From: Lophium mytilinum
Taxonomy: Eukaryota
Assembly (NCBI GenBank): GCA_010093605.1
Contig: MU004191.1
Location: 1,658,816 to 1,722,815 of the forward strand
DNA: 64,000 nucleotides
Direction: 5' to 3'
Of the stretch, positions 37,853-50,279 are shown one piece after another. The notes beneath the pieces were generated by a model. That model saw only the letters and a list, made by a program, of their open reading frames with translations. It made no database searches and had not been told where the DNA came from. Position numbers and translations under genes: made by a program. Each line of letters opens with the position of its first letter. Position 1 is the stretch's first letter.

Positions 37853-40800
37853 CTTGCGTGTTCACCAACTTGTCTAGGACCTCCATGCTCCTAGCACGTC
37901 ATACCCCAAGATCATCTTCAACCTTGCACGCACTTCGTGGATGGAAAAAACCTAACGAGAACACTCCTGAATTGCACGGCCTGATGAGCCAATACTACTT
38001 CCACATTTTCCAAACAGCATCTACTATGTGAGCGTTGACACGAGAAATAGTGAGGATAACTACATCATACCGTCGCTTCAAGTCTAGTGGAATTGCCCGT
38101 TCCAAAGCTCAACTAACTATTAACCTTACACCTATCGCCAAATTGGGCCAGTGGAGATAGTACGGCGCAGGTGGCCCCAACTATAACCAGGGGCTGTCGT
38201 CGTTTCCCATTAACATCACGTGGATATCACGTGGTAGATGTACCAAGGGTATTCTTGTTTTGTGTGTGCTTGCATCGAAATGCTTGTCTAGACCGCGAAC
38301 TCACGAGAGTGCTGCAGGTTCCACATCTGTGAGATATTAATCGTCTGAGAAGGATGCCCTACTGCTTGCATGCATGACGGAGCAGTTTGAGGTTTGCATA
38401 GCGTCACCAGGCTTTCTGGTCTGCAGACCAAAATCTGGAACGCACTGATTTACTTACAACCAAGTTCGGCATGGTAGAGTAGATCCTGGCTACAGTAGTA
38501 CCCCTGTATAGTGGTATTATCCATATCGTAATACAAGTGCCCTGACCGTACGATTTGCGTCGTATAAAATTATCGTTCTGCTTAGTGTGGCATTACTGAG
38601 CCCCTCTGTTACAGACTGGGCTTATTAGGTATGTGAGAGTAATGCCCCTTTCTTAGGTTCGAAAATAGACGACACGTGACCCTAGGTAATGTGAATTCTT
38701 TCTATACAGTGATATTACCCCTGATTCCGGACCCCTATTACTATAACCAGATATCACGGTATGAGCCAACTCCCCGCCATTGTCGATCTGCCTCTACACC
38801 GTATGCATTCTTAGACGAAAGCGATGATATACAGCGATAAGCACTGCTAGATTTCGAATTGGCTTATTTATGCAGCTGATCATTCATAAACGATGAAACC
38901 TGATCTCCAGCCCGAGTGCCTGGGCCTACTTTCCGACGGCCGCATCAAGAATTCATTCAGCCCTCGTTTGAGAAGCCAATCGTCGCTAATTCCAACAAAG
39001 AGCCTGTATGCCACGGAACCAACGCGCCTTCTATCACCCATCACGATAGCATGGATCCGCCACCCAGTTGTATATGGCCTAATGATGCTAGCCTCCAACG
39101 CCTGTTCCCACGTCAGGCTCGAGTTCACCTGCACGATCTCAGCTGGAACCGTTATCTCAAAGCCGCGAAGTGGAACATGTGGATGTTTTCGGGTCAACGA
39201 TCCCGTGTGCATCAGTTGGCAGTACTCTTCAAGTTATTGGATAAAATCTGCATATCATGATGCATAGGAATTCGTATATGCTCACTCGGCACATTCCCTG
39301 TTCACATCACATATTCGGTGCATCAGCTTCATATTACCGGCTATCCACTATCTCTGACCTTTCTAGCTTTAGCGTTATACAGCTCCTAGGCGCAGACTAT
39401 TGGTGCGGAAGGCCTCCCGGGGCCCCCGAGCGATCGATTTCATTCGGAATTGCCGTCTACTGGCCGAGAGGACTCCGACCAACACTGTGCCTAACCCTTT
39501 CAAGTTCTTTGGCGACTCACCGTTCATGAGCACGGAGATGTCCGAACCATCACAATAACACAACATCAACTTACCGACTGCGGATTCCCTCGTTTTGCAG
39601 CGTGCTGTGAGTTCTGTGTGCTCATAATCAAGGAGACTTGCTTTTGTTCGGCGTTTCGGACGCGGCAAAGCCTCTTTTGACACCCCGATCCAGGCTGCTG
39701 ACATCCCCTTCACTTCGATCGAACTCGACCAAAGTAGCCTGAGATTCTTTACTACGTATCCTCGGAAGACAGACGTCAATACCTCCAAGCCATTTCAAGC
39801 AGCATTCGCACCGATCAAAGAGCCACACGATGCTCTCGATTGAGCCGGCTGCTTCCGAATTTGACAGAGCCGGCAGAACCGCGAAAACCTCCAGACTGCG
39901 ACCAGCGAAGAAATCCCTTCCAGACCTGATTATACTCCCTTCAACTTGCCTCGAGATGACACATCACATATGTACCAGACTACAGCTTCGCTATTGTTGG
40001 CAGCGTAGATTTGGTGTCACAGGCGCAGTTGGGTGAACCCCTGAGCCTTTGCTGGATACTCGACAACAACAGCGTCACCATGTCAAGATTCATCTTGAAG
40101 GACGCACAACCTCTCACCCACGCTGCTGACGATGATCTAGGCAGCATAGGGCTTCAATTATGCGCCACCAGCGTCATTCACGAAGCTCGAATGCCGATGT
40201 GGAAAATGCCTTCACCCTCGTCGTGACAGCGCGATCTTCGAATTCATCGAGCAATACCCGAGGAGGGAGGCCACATGAACTGGCTCGTACCGAGAGACGC
40301 AATTACGACCTACAACCGTCTCGACACTGTCTTCGTCGACATCTCACAGCCAGTGTGCGCCACTGATGGAAGCTGCCTTGACGATGGTGAAGAGGTTTAC
40401 AAGACCCGAGATGAGTGCCCTTCAGGTCATATAAGAGTGGTTGAGAAAGTAAACGTCGATAGGGGCTACATATATGGAAGGGAAAGACTCTGTGAGAGGC
40501 AGACTGGATATCGGCCGCAGAACCGGCTGTCGCTGGAAAGTTCGCATCTCAGCCTGAATCAAAAGGCAGGACCCCAGCGTGTTACCTCCATGCGTCATCT
40601 CATACTTACTCAGGGCGATCAAACTAACCATGACCTCGTCATTTTAGCGACCGTGTTTTGTAGTCTCGCTTTGAGAGGCGGCTATGGACTGACTGAAATA
40701 GCAACAATAGCTGGAGGCCTACGATCACCATAAATCGCCTACACGTTTACCCAGTTAGCCCTTAGAGAGAAAGTATATATGTTTTGTTCGAAAGAGAGAA

Positions 40801-42171
40801 AGTCGAACAGCAGTTTGACTGTCCACAGTCTCACCAGACGCGGGTTCCCATTTCCCACTTCACATTGCGCGAACACGACGCACGAGAACGGAGCAACGGC
40901 CAGGATAAGTCCAGAACATATGCAGCAATGAAGACCATACTATTATCAATATTCCCTCTAGAAACTATAGAAGTATAGAAGGAATCAACTCATACCGAGA
41001 TACTCGACCACTCGTGTCTTCGCCACTTCGATGTCAGTGCTTGTAGGCTCTCCCTTCAACTTCGACACCTTGTCGGAACATCTTCTAACACATGTCTCAG
41101 TAGTCATAAAAGATGGCTGTGACATGTCCCCGTATTCGAAGGCAGCCTCATCACTTGCCTCAAATGACTCCACTATGCGGATACTGCCTTTCGCAACTGG
41201 AGCACCGAATACACCCCCCCAAACCTCCTACAGAACCCTGAGACAACATCGAAGCCGTAATAATATAATGATTACACTGGAATACTAGCAATGGCAATCA
41301 AGGATCAAGCCACTCCTAGTACTACTCCAAGCCCGGTCCTGGGCAGTACTCCTCAACTTAGTGACGGTGACACAGTGACATTTCACGTCGTAGCTCGGAG
41401 TCTTTAAAATATCTATCTTTAGTCTTCAAGAAATCCTGGAAACGACATGCAAACGCTTGCGCAAGATTCTGCGCGCTTTTGCTGACATGGGCCCACTGCC
41501 TGAGATCGTGCAATGCAACGAGTCGCGCAAATATATCAAAGCTAAAATAACAGAGACAAGAAAGGCCGTAAAGATCTATCATCGACCTCTTTCCGGGTAG
41601 CATGAATTCTGGTGAGAAGTCTAAACGCAAAGTGGGAATCAATTGCAAAGACCGAGCACAAGCTTATGTTGTAGTACTTACTGTACTTCTTAAGTTAACC
41701 TCACACCGCTAGACTCACCGTACCATGCCATGCATCCCTCACGCCAGATACCACGACACGAGCAGCACGCGCCCCCTACCCCGCACCAGTACCTGCATGC
41801 GCCATGCAGCCATAATATTCGCACGTAGGTCAAGCGCGAGGTGCGTCTCCCGTGGGTGTGGAGGGTGTGGCACGGGGCACGTTGAGGAAGCTTGGACGCA
41901 CTATTGGCATCGACAGTTTCTTGCTATGCATACGAATGCCGAAGTGCTTTCGCGGAAGAGAATTCAAGATTTTCGGATGTGTACAATACATCAAAGAATA
42001 GCAAAGTACGACTCTTGTCAGTGAAGGTTTATTACGCCTGGTCCCTCTCAGTGCCGTTAGACTTCCATTTTCATTTCCACGAGCATCAACCCATCCCCAA
42101 GCATGATAGAAGTTAGACCCTGTTGAGAAATCACCGGGTATCAAGCTCCAAGTGATACAATACCACCCTTC

Positions 42172-43798
42172 CTAGCTTACATACACCTCCCTCGTCATCA
42201 CAATCCCATTCCTCCCCGCCTCCAGCCTCTGCAACGGCAACCCTCCTTCCCCACTCCCACTCCCATCCCGCTCCCTCTGCCCCGCCGTAATTCCAAGTAC
42301 CGAACTCTCCGCCGTGACCCTCACGCGATACGGGCTCTTAATCGCGCCCCCATCACCCCCGCTCCTACTCGGCAGACTCTCCATCGCCACACTACCCTCA
42401 CTTTCCCCCGATCCCTCTCCAGCCCTGAAGTACCCCAAGCTGTTATTCCGCTTATAACCCAAAGCCATCTTACTCCCACTTCCATACTTCAAGCCCCCAT
42501 TCCCGCTCCCCGCCGTAGTCAGCGCACGCGCGGTATTCAGCAGCCAGCCGAAGAGCGGTTTCAAGCTCGGGAGGGTGGCAGCGACGATTCCTACGGTCAG
42601 CTCGATGTAGTTCCAGACGTTGAAGGAGTCGTGTACGGTCCAGTCCATATCGGTGAGGACGTTGTACTGCTGGACTGCCTTGACGATAGCGGCGGCCGAG
42701 GCGAAGAAGCCGAGGGAGAGGATGAGGATGAGGGAGATCTTAGTGCGGGTGTTGAGTTTTAGCGACCAGACTAGGGGGATGGGGAGGGTGGCGAAGAGGA
42801 TGTCCGTTGCGATGTTGATGGCTAAGGTTGTGTTAGGGAAAGGTTGGTGGCCTATGGGAAGAAGGGTGGTAAGGGGAGGTACGTACAGCTGTTGAAGAGG
42901 CCGATGTCGCGGAAGATGGTCTTGCTGTAGCACTTAGCAGTGCCGAAGCCCATCGGCGGAGGCCGGAGGGTGGTGTTCCAGGCTGCTTGTACAGGTATGC
43001 ATTGGAAGATGAGGGTCATGCTACATGTGATCGTGAACAGCACGAGGAAGACTATCGGTAAATGATCGTATTAATATAAGACGTTCTATAAGGTCTTGGT
43101 GGAGCGGCTGGGGGTACTGAGAGTTCGTGTAACTCAGCTTTTGAATGCTGAGACGGAATTTAGCCTACCAATAATGCTAATCAAGAAGCGTTTGTATGGA
43201 GTGCGGGTTGATAGGCGCAGCAGGAAGAGCGCAATGCTGATTTTGACGCAAGAAACGGCGATCATGATCCAAATAGAGTGGAAGAATAGGAGCTTAGCGA
43301 AGGTTTGGTACATCCCCGGAGTCGTGAGCATCACCAGGAAATGTTTTCCCAAGCCATAATGTGTTTCAGCGACGAAATGGCCAAATGTTGCGAGCCCCAG
43401 GACCTGATGAGGATGTGAGTTGCTGCTTTTAAGCACGATATAGAGGCATAGAAAGTCCGAGAGAATATTAAAATGAGAAGAAGGCGGTGTTAGATAGTCT
43501 TAGGAGGATGTGGAGTATCCTCTTCGACATCTGGCACTCGTTCTTCATTTTTATAACGGAGAGGACATACCATTGCAATGACCATAAGGTAGTCATCTGA
43601 CCCAAAGACTTTTAGCATGACTGCACGAACGTAGATGCGCAAGAGGACAGCCATAAATGCAGCTCCGCAGAATACGCCCGTGATGGCTAGGATCTGGTCT
43701 GCCTCGCTGAAGGCAATATACTCGGGCGTCATAGGAGGAGGCGCAGGGCCCGCCGGTGACTGTCTCCCAACGAGCTCTCGAATGGCTTTTGTCGGCAT
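42172..43798 (-). CDS. Pth11-like (fungal rhodopsin-domain) 7-TM integral membrane protein without CFEM, multi-exon
   Basis: ATG at 43798, first intron 43404-43570. Motifs: VLLRIYVR...FGSDDYLM, YGLGKH, VKISIALFLLRL, FQCIPVQAAW, INIATDILFATLPIP, WNYIELTVGIVAATLPSLKPL. Confidence 0.92.
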
Positions 43799-46385
43799 CG
43801 TGAAGTTTTGGGAGAGAAGTCGATGCTTGGTCTGGAGCAAGGGCTGAAGAAAGTCGACGATGAGAAATGGCCCAAGATTGGGGTGAATAAAAAGCACCGT
43901 GGCGAGAAAAAAGGCGCGATCGAGAAAGTGAACGCACAAGACCTGCTTCCCTTCCGGATCTACATTATGATAGAAGACTTGGGGAACCTGCGACACGCAT
44001 CTCGATCTGGAGGCCATACCAAGACCACCCATATACCCATGACGGGCCATACCTCTTCCATACAGACGAGACCGCAGACTTTCGTAGCATAGCTCGCCAG
44101 TGAGAAGAAAACACGGAGCGCTTCTAGAGGAATCTGGTCTGCGACAACTCCTGCCTTCAAATGTGTACCAGCAGTCTGGGAGCTTCACGCTCGACGCAAC
44201 GGCAGTGAGAACTTAGGCAAGCCATCATCGCCACGGCGAGAGGTATTGACTCGATTTGGCATTGGAGACCGCAGCCACCCATCCCAAACGAGCAAGCCGC
44301 TCTCGTATTCCTGGGCTGTAGACTGCCTCATGCCAGTTCTGCCAGCTGGGTATGACGGAGCAGTTCAAGACCTAATTAGGTGTCCAAGAGCTGTGGGCCC
44401 TCAATTGCCATCATTCGAAGACAAGTTGCAATTCTGGTTGGTCTTTGTCAAGAGAGAGGTTGCCACAGTTCCTCTGACGCATTTCAACGGTTCATCGAAG
44501 CGCTCAGCCGCGGGGTACAGCTCTAGCTTCATCAGCCGATGCAGGAGTAATATACAGAAAGGGGGTATACCGTACTTCAGATATGTTCCTGGGACTAGAC
44601 TTGTGACATTGGCTGAACTTGTCCAGGGTACCTTACACGAGGGGCTCATGTGAAGGGGTAATGAAGGAGAAAATGAAGGTTGATGTGGCGAGGGCGTCTT
44701 TGCTCTTAGCCTGCATGCAAGATAGAAGAATCTGGGCCTGAAGCACAATTAGGCTATGCATAATGTGTGGAAAATGCGGAGAAAATGGCATGCCTAAGCT
44801 CATTTAGACGCGGAAGGGGACGGCTCGGATGGGACAGTCCAGTCGCATAGAAAGAAGGCAGAGATTGACCTCGGCCAGGCTGATGGACCCTAGGATTGCA
44901 AGATTCCGTGATGAATGCGGAGGATGTGTTCCCTGTGAGGAGATGTTTTGGGTATAGTGGTGAAGAACCCTGCCTGCTCGCTTGGAAGTCAAACATCAAT
45001 TCTCTTGGGATTGGGAACGGCACAACTTTCTCCTTCCCACCCCTAAATATACTGATCTCTCACCCAACATAGAGGCTTTGCGTCGCTTCTTCTATGGTAG
45101 ACCTGCTCTCGTCTTCTCCGCTCCCGGAGTGTTCGTGGTCCCGTTGCAGTCGGTTCGGTACCGGAAGCGGCCTTGTCAGCAAAATCTGATCTATTCAGAA
45201 TTACTGCTGGATTCGTATTTGCAGGTAATGCTGGATAGACCCTGGCTCCGTTCGCGCAGTAGTCCCTCGAGATCTTAAATGCAAATGTCAGATACCAAGA
45301 GAATCTATCAAGATTACGGGACGCGCGAGGAATATACCTTTCTATCCCACAAAGCCCATGGCGGCACTCTTCTCTGATGGAGCTACTGAAAGTCGTCATT
45401 CCAGCGTGCCACAACCATGCTCAGGCAGGCCGTGCGCAACTCCTGATGGTTAATATCTCTGTACTACATTGTACTCTCTGAGTACCTGCTATTTCCGCAC
45501 CTCATTTCTTCATGCCGTTGAGACCAGATATACTTTCAAAGTCGGTCAGAGTTACAGCATACGTCCGGAAGTCGCTTCATTGCTAGGTTAATGCATGACG
45601 ATGGGCCGCTAAGTCGTTCCCGCGCTGTCTCTATAGGTATAGCACGATAATTCGCTGAATGGTCGTAGACGTCCGATCTGAGAGACTCGCTAGAATCAGC
45701 CTCGATTACGAATTTGATTCTTCCTATTACTGAGATCCCAGGAAATCTAGAACCGTAACCTAGCATCTCCCTCGCTCTTCCTAGGCTAGTGATGTTGCGC
45801 CCAGCCAGCTTGGGAAAATATTGACCCCAGACCCATGCACTGCGCGGCGGTGGCGGCTCAGCCTGCAAGCCTCAACCTGGGGTAACGCGGGGATGGTAGC
45901 CATTTGCAGAGTCGTACTGAAGTTAGACCCTGTCTTTCAATGTGGCCACCGTCGACAGCGATTCCTCCGCACGGCCTAGAGGTTCGAAAGAAGTCTCCAC
46001 AGCCGGAATACTCGTAGTCAATGAGGATTTGTCGCCCAAAATGGATACTGGGCTCACTAACAGACCTACCAGAAGACTCAAAAGCCTTCATTCAACTACC
46101 GAAGGTCGTTATGCCGCTTCCAATAGCGCATATCCCTCTCCATCCACATGGTTCCGCGTCGTATATTCACGTGGAGCCAAGTTCAGGACCCACATCTGCA
46201 TTTCAGCATATATTCAGCCGCCGTCAAGAAAATTTCCGTTCCACAGCTGCGACTGCACTGTGGTCAATATCACAAGGGTGATACAGTGGTTTCAAATTAG
46301 GCAGCCTCATCTTACCCATTCGCGCTTAGCCATATACCTTCCCTGAAGCTAACTTTTACGTTTGTATTTCTCTCCGTGGCCCACC

Positions 46386-47834
46386 ATGCGTTTCTTTAAC
46401 TTGGTGGCTGTGGCATCGGTTCTCTTCTCGACCTCGAACGCAGCTCCGCTTGAAGAGAGAACGGCGAGCTCATACGCCGGTCACGTAGACGCATTGGCGG
46501 CTCAAGGCTTCTTCAATCTTGCCTTTTACACTGCCACTCAGGGATTGCCATCGCAAAAGTGTAATCTCCAGAATGTGGCTGTTCGGCGCGAGTGGTAAGA
46601 ATTTTCAGAGTTTTCTAGCTGTCAGAATACTAAACTGGTATTGCAGGAGCACTCTCGCGAGCACCGAAAAGAAGAGCTACATTTCAGCCGTGAAATGCTT
46701 ATCAAAAAAGCCTGCCATCACGTCGACCGAATTGGTACCGGGCGTGAGGAGCCGATACGACGATTTTGTTGCTACGCATATCAACCAAACTCTCGCCATC
46801 CATGGAACTGTACGTCGATTCGACTTGAAACATTCCCGAGGGCCTTATGATAACGATCCGTAGGGGAATTTCCTGTCATGGCATAGATACTTTGTTTGGG
46901 CGTACGAGCAGGCTTTGAGAAGAGAGTGCGGTATGCTAAACGAATGGATCTAAAATGTAGTCAGTGATGTAGATCTAACATCAGCTCAGGATATACCGGA
47001 TATCAACCATACTGGAATTGGGGAAAATACGCCGATGACCCTCTCTCCTCACCTATCTTTGACGGCTCTGACTCCAGCATGTCCGGTAACGGCGCTTATG
47101 TCAAGCACAACGCATCTTGCATCCCATCGGACTCCTTATGCGAGATCAGCCTGCCTACAGGCACGGGCGGAGGATGCATCACCTCTGGCCCTTTCAAAGA
47201 GTACGCTCAACCACTTCACCTAGCAGATGCCATCTGACACCTCCCATAGCTTTAGCGTAAACCTCGGCCCCGTAGCCCCCGCCCTATCCTACGTTGAGCC
47301 CAACCCTGGCACTTTTGGTATGGGCTATAACCCGCGCTGCATCCGGCGCGACATCTCCGCATATGCCGCCTCGCACTGGACCAAAGACGCCGACACCGCC
47401 TCCCTGATCCTCAACAACCCCGACCCCTACTGGTTCCAAACGAACATGCAAGGCAACTTCCCTGCGGGCTTTTTAGGCGTCCATACCGGGGGGCATTTCA
47501 CTAACGGCGGCGACCCTGGCGGCGATCTCTTCGTGAGCCCAGGCGACCCGGTGTTCTGGCTGCATCATGGCATGATAGACCGCGTGTGGTGGACTTGGCA
47601 GAATTTGGACGTCGAGAAGAGGAAAACCGCGATCAGTGGGACGTTGACGGTGAACAACAGCCCACCGAGTCGAAATGCAACGTTGGATGAGTGAGTTTTG
47701 CGTAGTAGTGTCACGATGCGAGCCAGTGCTGACTTCTGGGTAGCTTCATTGACCTGGGTATTAATGCGGGCCCGATCAAGATCCGGGATGCAATGAGTAC
47801 GATTGCCGGGCCGTTCTGCTATGTCTATGCTTGA
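46386..47834 (+). CDS. Secreted tyrosinase-like di-copper centre protein, 6 exons
   Basis: Signal peptide MRFFNLVAVASVLFSTSNA; RREW, YISAVKCL, SRYDDFVATH...IHGT|GNFLSWHRY (CuA), QPYWNW, VHTGGH...SPGDPVFWLHHGMIDRVW (CuB); ends FCYVYA*. Confidence 0.93.
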
Positions 47835-48309
47835 GGTTTACGGAGTAGAGACGCGATGGCCAGGAGGAGTGGAGGAGTTGGCAAGTTTGGCGGTAGGTAT
47901 CGATTCGGATATATATAAAGAATAAGCATTTGATGTCAAACGCTTTGAATGCTAGGGGCTTGCAAGCAAGTTTAAGAGATAGGTATGCTGCTAAAGTTGG
48001 AGATAATGGAAGACGTCGAGTGTTGATAGGTGGCGATGAGCCTTTGAAAGTTAGTTTGATATTCTGTGGCAACATCTACTTCAGTGCTACAACCCATGAT
48101 AATAATGTGTTACTCCAGCACGGATGCTCTTCAAGCCTTTCTCACTTGACAAGAAATCCAAAAGTGGAGGGAGCGGCAGGATAGGCGGTAGTCACGTGTG
48201 TAGTCGACTAGCCTTTTAAGATCACAGCTCCTCACTTTCTTCACCCTCCGCCATCCATACTCTTTCAATCTTACGACTTCGAAGCTAGAATTGACAGCCA
48301 CTACCGAAC

Positions 48310-49142
48310 ATGGAGTCGTCCGACACTTACCTAAAAGGTATCGTAACCGAAGACCTTACTCGCCCTTGACTTCCTGTTCCAAATCCACTCTCTTGAAGGA
48401 CTGTAGAATGCGGGATTGATTCACTTACATATCACTTTCCAGACCATATTAGCGACGCCTCTGGCGCCCCGCCCGGCGCCGCGGAATCGCTCTGGAACCG
48501 TGAGGACCAGCCAATTCCGCCCTCCGATGAGTCCGAATCGGCGTGCGAGAAGCTGCCAACGGGATACCCGAACGTAAATCTGCCCCCCACCATCTGCGTG
48601 CTCTTAGCATAGCTCGGTAACCATTCTATCCTCCATAGTCCCCCGTCCTCGGCTATATCCGCTTCGCCATGAACGGTTTCCGCCCTCTATCTTGGAGCGA
48701 AATGCCCCCAACGACCAAATCGCCAAACTCCGAGCCCTGGAGTGACATGGCTGTCAGCATCTTCATTGAGCTCGCATTCAGCCACTTCGGCTTCGCACCG
48801 GACCGGGAGCTCATCGAGATAGCGGCTGCAGAGTTCTCAAGTGGTACGGATATGGTCGATTACCAGTTCTTCTTCCCGAAGGGCATGATGGAGTGGCGGA
48901 ACTCGAATGGTGTGCGGTTCGATGATATCACAAGGACTAAAGGGTGGGATCCGGAGAGGGATATTTGGCGGTGGTATAACAGACTGCAGAGAGATCGAGA
49001 GGAGCAGAAGCTGGACGGGATGATGAATGATATGATTGTTGAGCTGAGAGGCTTGCGTAAGGACTTGGAGGAGGATCATAATTCCCTGTCTGGTGCTGAG
49101 AGGGAGCGTATCAAGGCTGCATATCGGGTGCTGATGAAGTGA
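48310..49142 (+). CDS. Hypothetical protein (3 exons), C-terminal coiled-coil-like segment
   Basis: ATG at 48310. Introns at about 48338-48442 (GTATCG...CAG) and about 48574-48638 (GTAAAT...TAG) join in frame to the 48669-49142 ORF. Confidence 0.6.
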
Positions 49143-49751
49143 GTGGGGCATTGGCGCACATGCCCCAGGAAGGCTGAGTACGTCTCAGTGCTTGAATAAG
49201 GCTAGCCTCGGGATGAGCCCAAAGGAGTTTCAACGTTGAGCACGAGAAATTTTGCCTCTGGGAGTTGAGAGTAGTGAATTTACAATGCCTAGCTAGGGGT
49301 ATCTATACCTCTTCCCTACCACCTAGGTAGCCTCGGCACCCAATTGAAACTCTGAATACTATTTCAACGCAAGGAGCACGAACCTTGAGCGTTTGGGACG
49401 CAATAAAAGGGGGTGATGCGGTTGAAGAGGTTGTTAGGCTAACCTTTCATCATCCTGCCAGGTGACCAGTGGTGGATTGAGGTGTTCTCATCATCCTTTT
49501 CAAAGCTTGCAAGTAACAGAACACCTTTCAGATGAAGACACTGTGGAAGATGCCCACCTAGAAGGAACACTTGAAGAGACGTTGGGATCTTGGCCCAAGC
49601 GTCAAGCGCACGTGATCTACAAAAATTCGCTTAGCTTTGCAGGGGCATTTTCAACCTCCACACTTCGCCGACGACCACGACATCGCGATCCGCCCGCAAC
49701 CTCACATACGACCCCTTCACCACCCGTCAACTCCCGTACCCTCAAATCAAA

Positions 49752-50279
49752 ATGTGCGTCTACTCGCTCAAAGTTACTGCCTAAGATGGGATTGCGCCGG
49801 GCGCGCACAAGAGCGTTGAACTGACAAGCAGCAGGGAGAACGAACGCGGCGAGCTCGTCGACCTGTAAGAGCCCCAATCGCCTCACTTGCGGCACTCCAA
49901 ACCGCCTATTTTGAGCTCCCTGCTAATATGGATAATTTAGCTACGTCCCTCGCAAGGTATGCCCAGATTACCACGAATAGAGCCTCCGAACCAACCTAAC
50001 ACACGAGCAACAGTGCAGCGCCACCAACCGCATTATCAAGGCCAAGGACCACGCCTCGGTGCAAATTTCCGTCGGCAAGGTCGATGAGAACGGCCGGTAC
50101 ACGGGCGAGAACCAGACATATGCCCTCTGCGGGTAAGGCACCTCCAACCACGAATACCTCGATGGCCGGATGATAACGGGAATAGATTCGTGCGTGCGAT
50201 GGGCGAGAGCGACGACAGCTTGAACAGGTTGTCGCAGAAGGATGGTTTCCTCAAGGGCGTATGGAGCGCAAGCCGGTAG
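49752..50279 (+). CDS. RPS21: 40S ribosomal protein S21 (eS21), 5 coding exons
   Basis: Spliced product [86 protein letters not shown]. Introns 49754-49834, 49865-49940, 49957-50013, 50133-50185. Confidence 0.97.
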
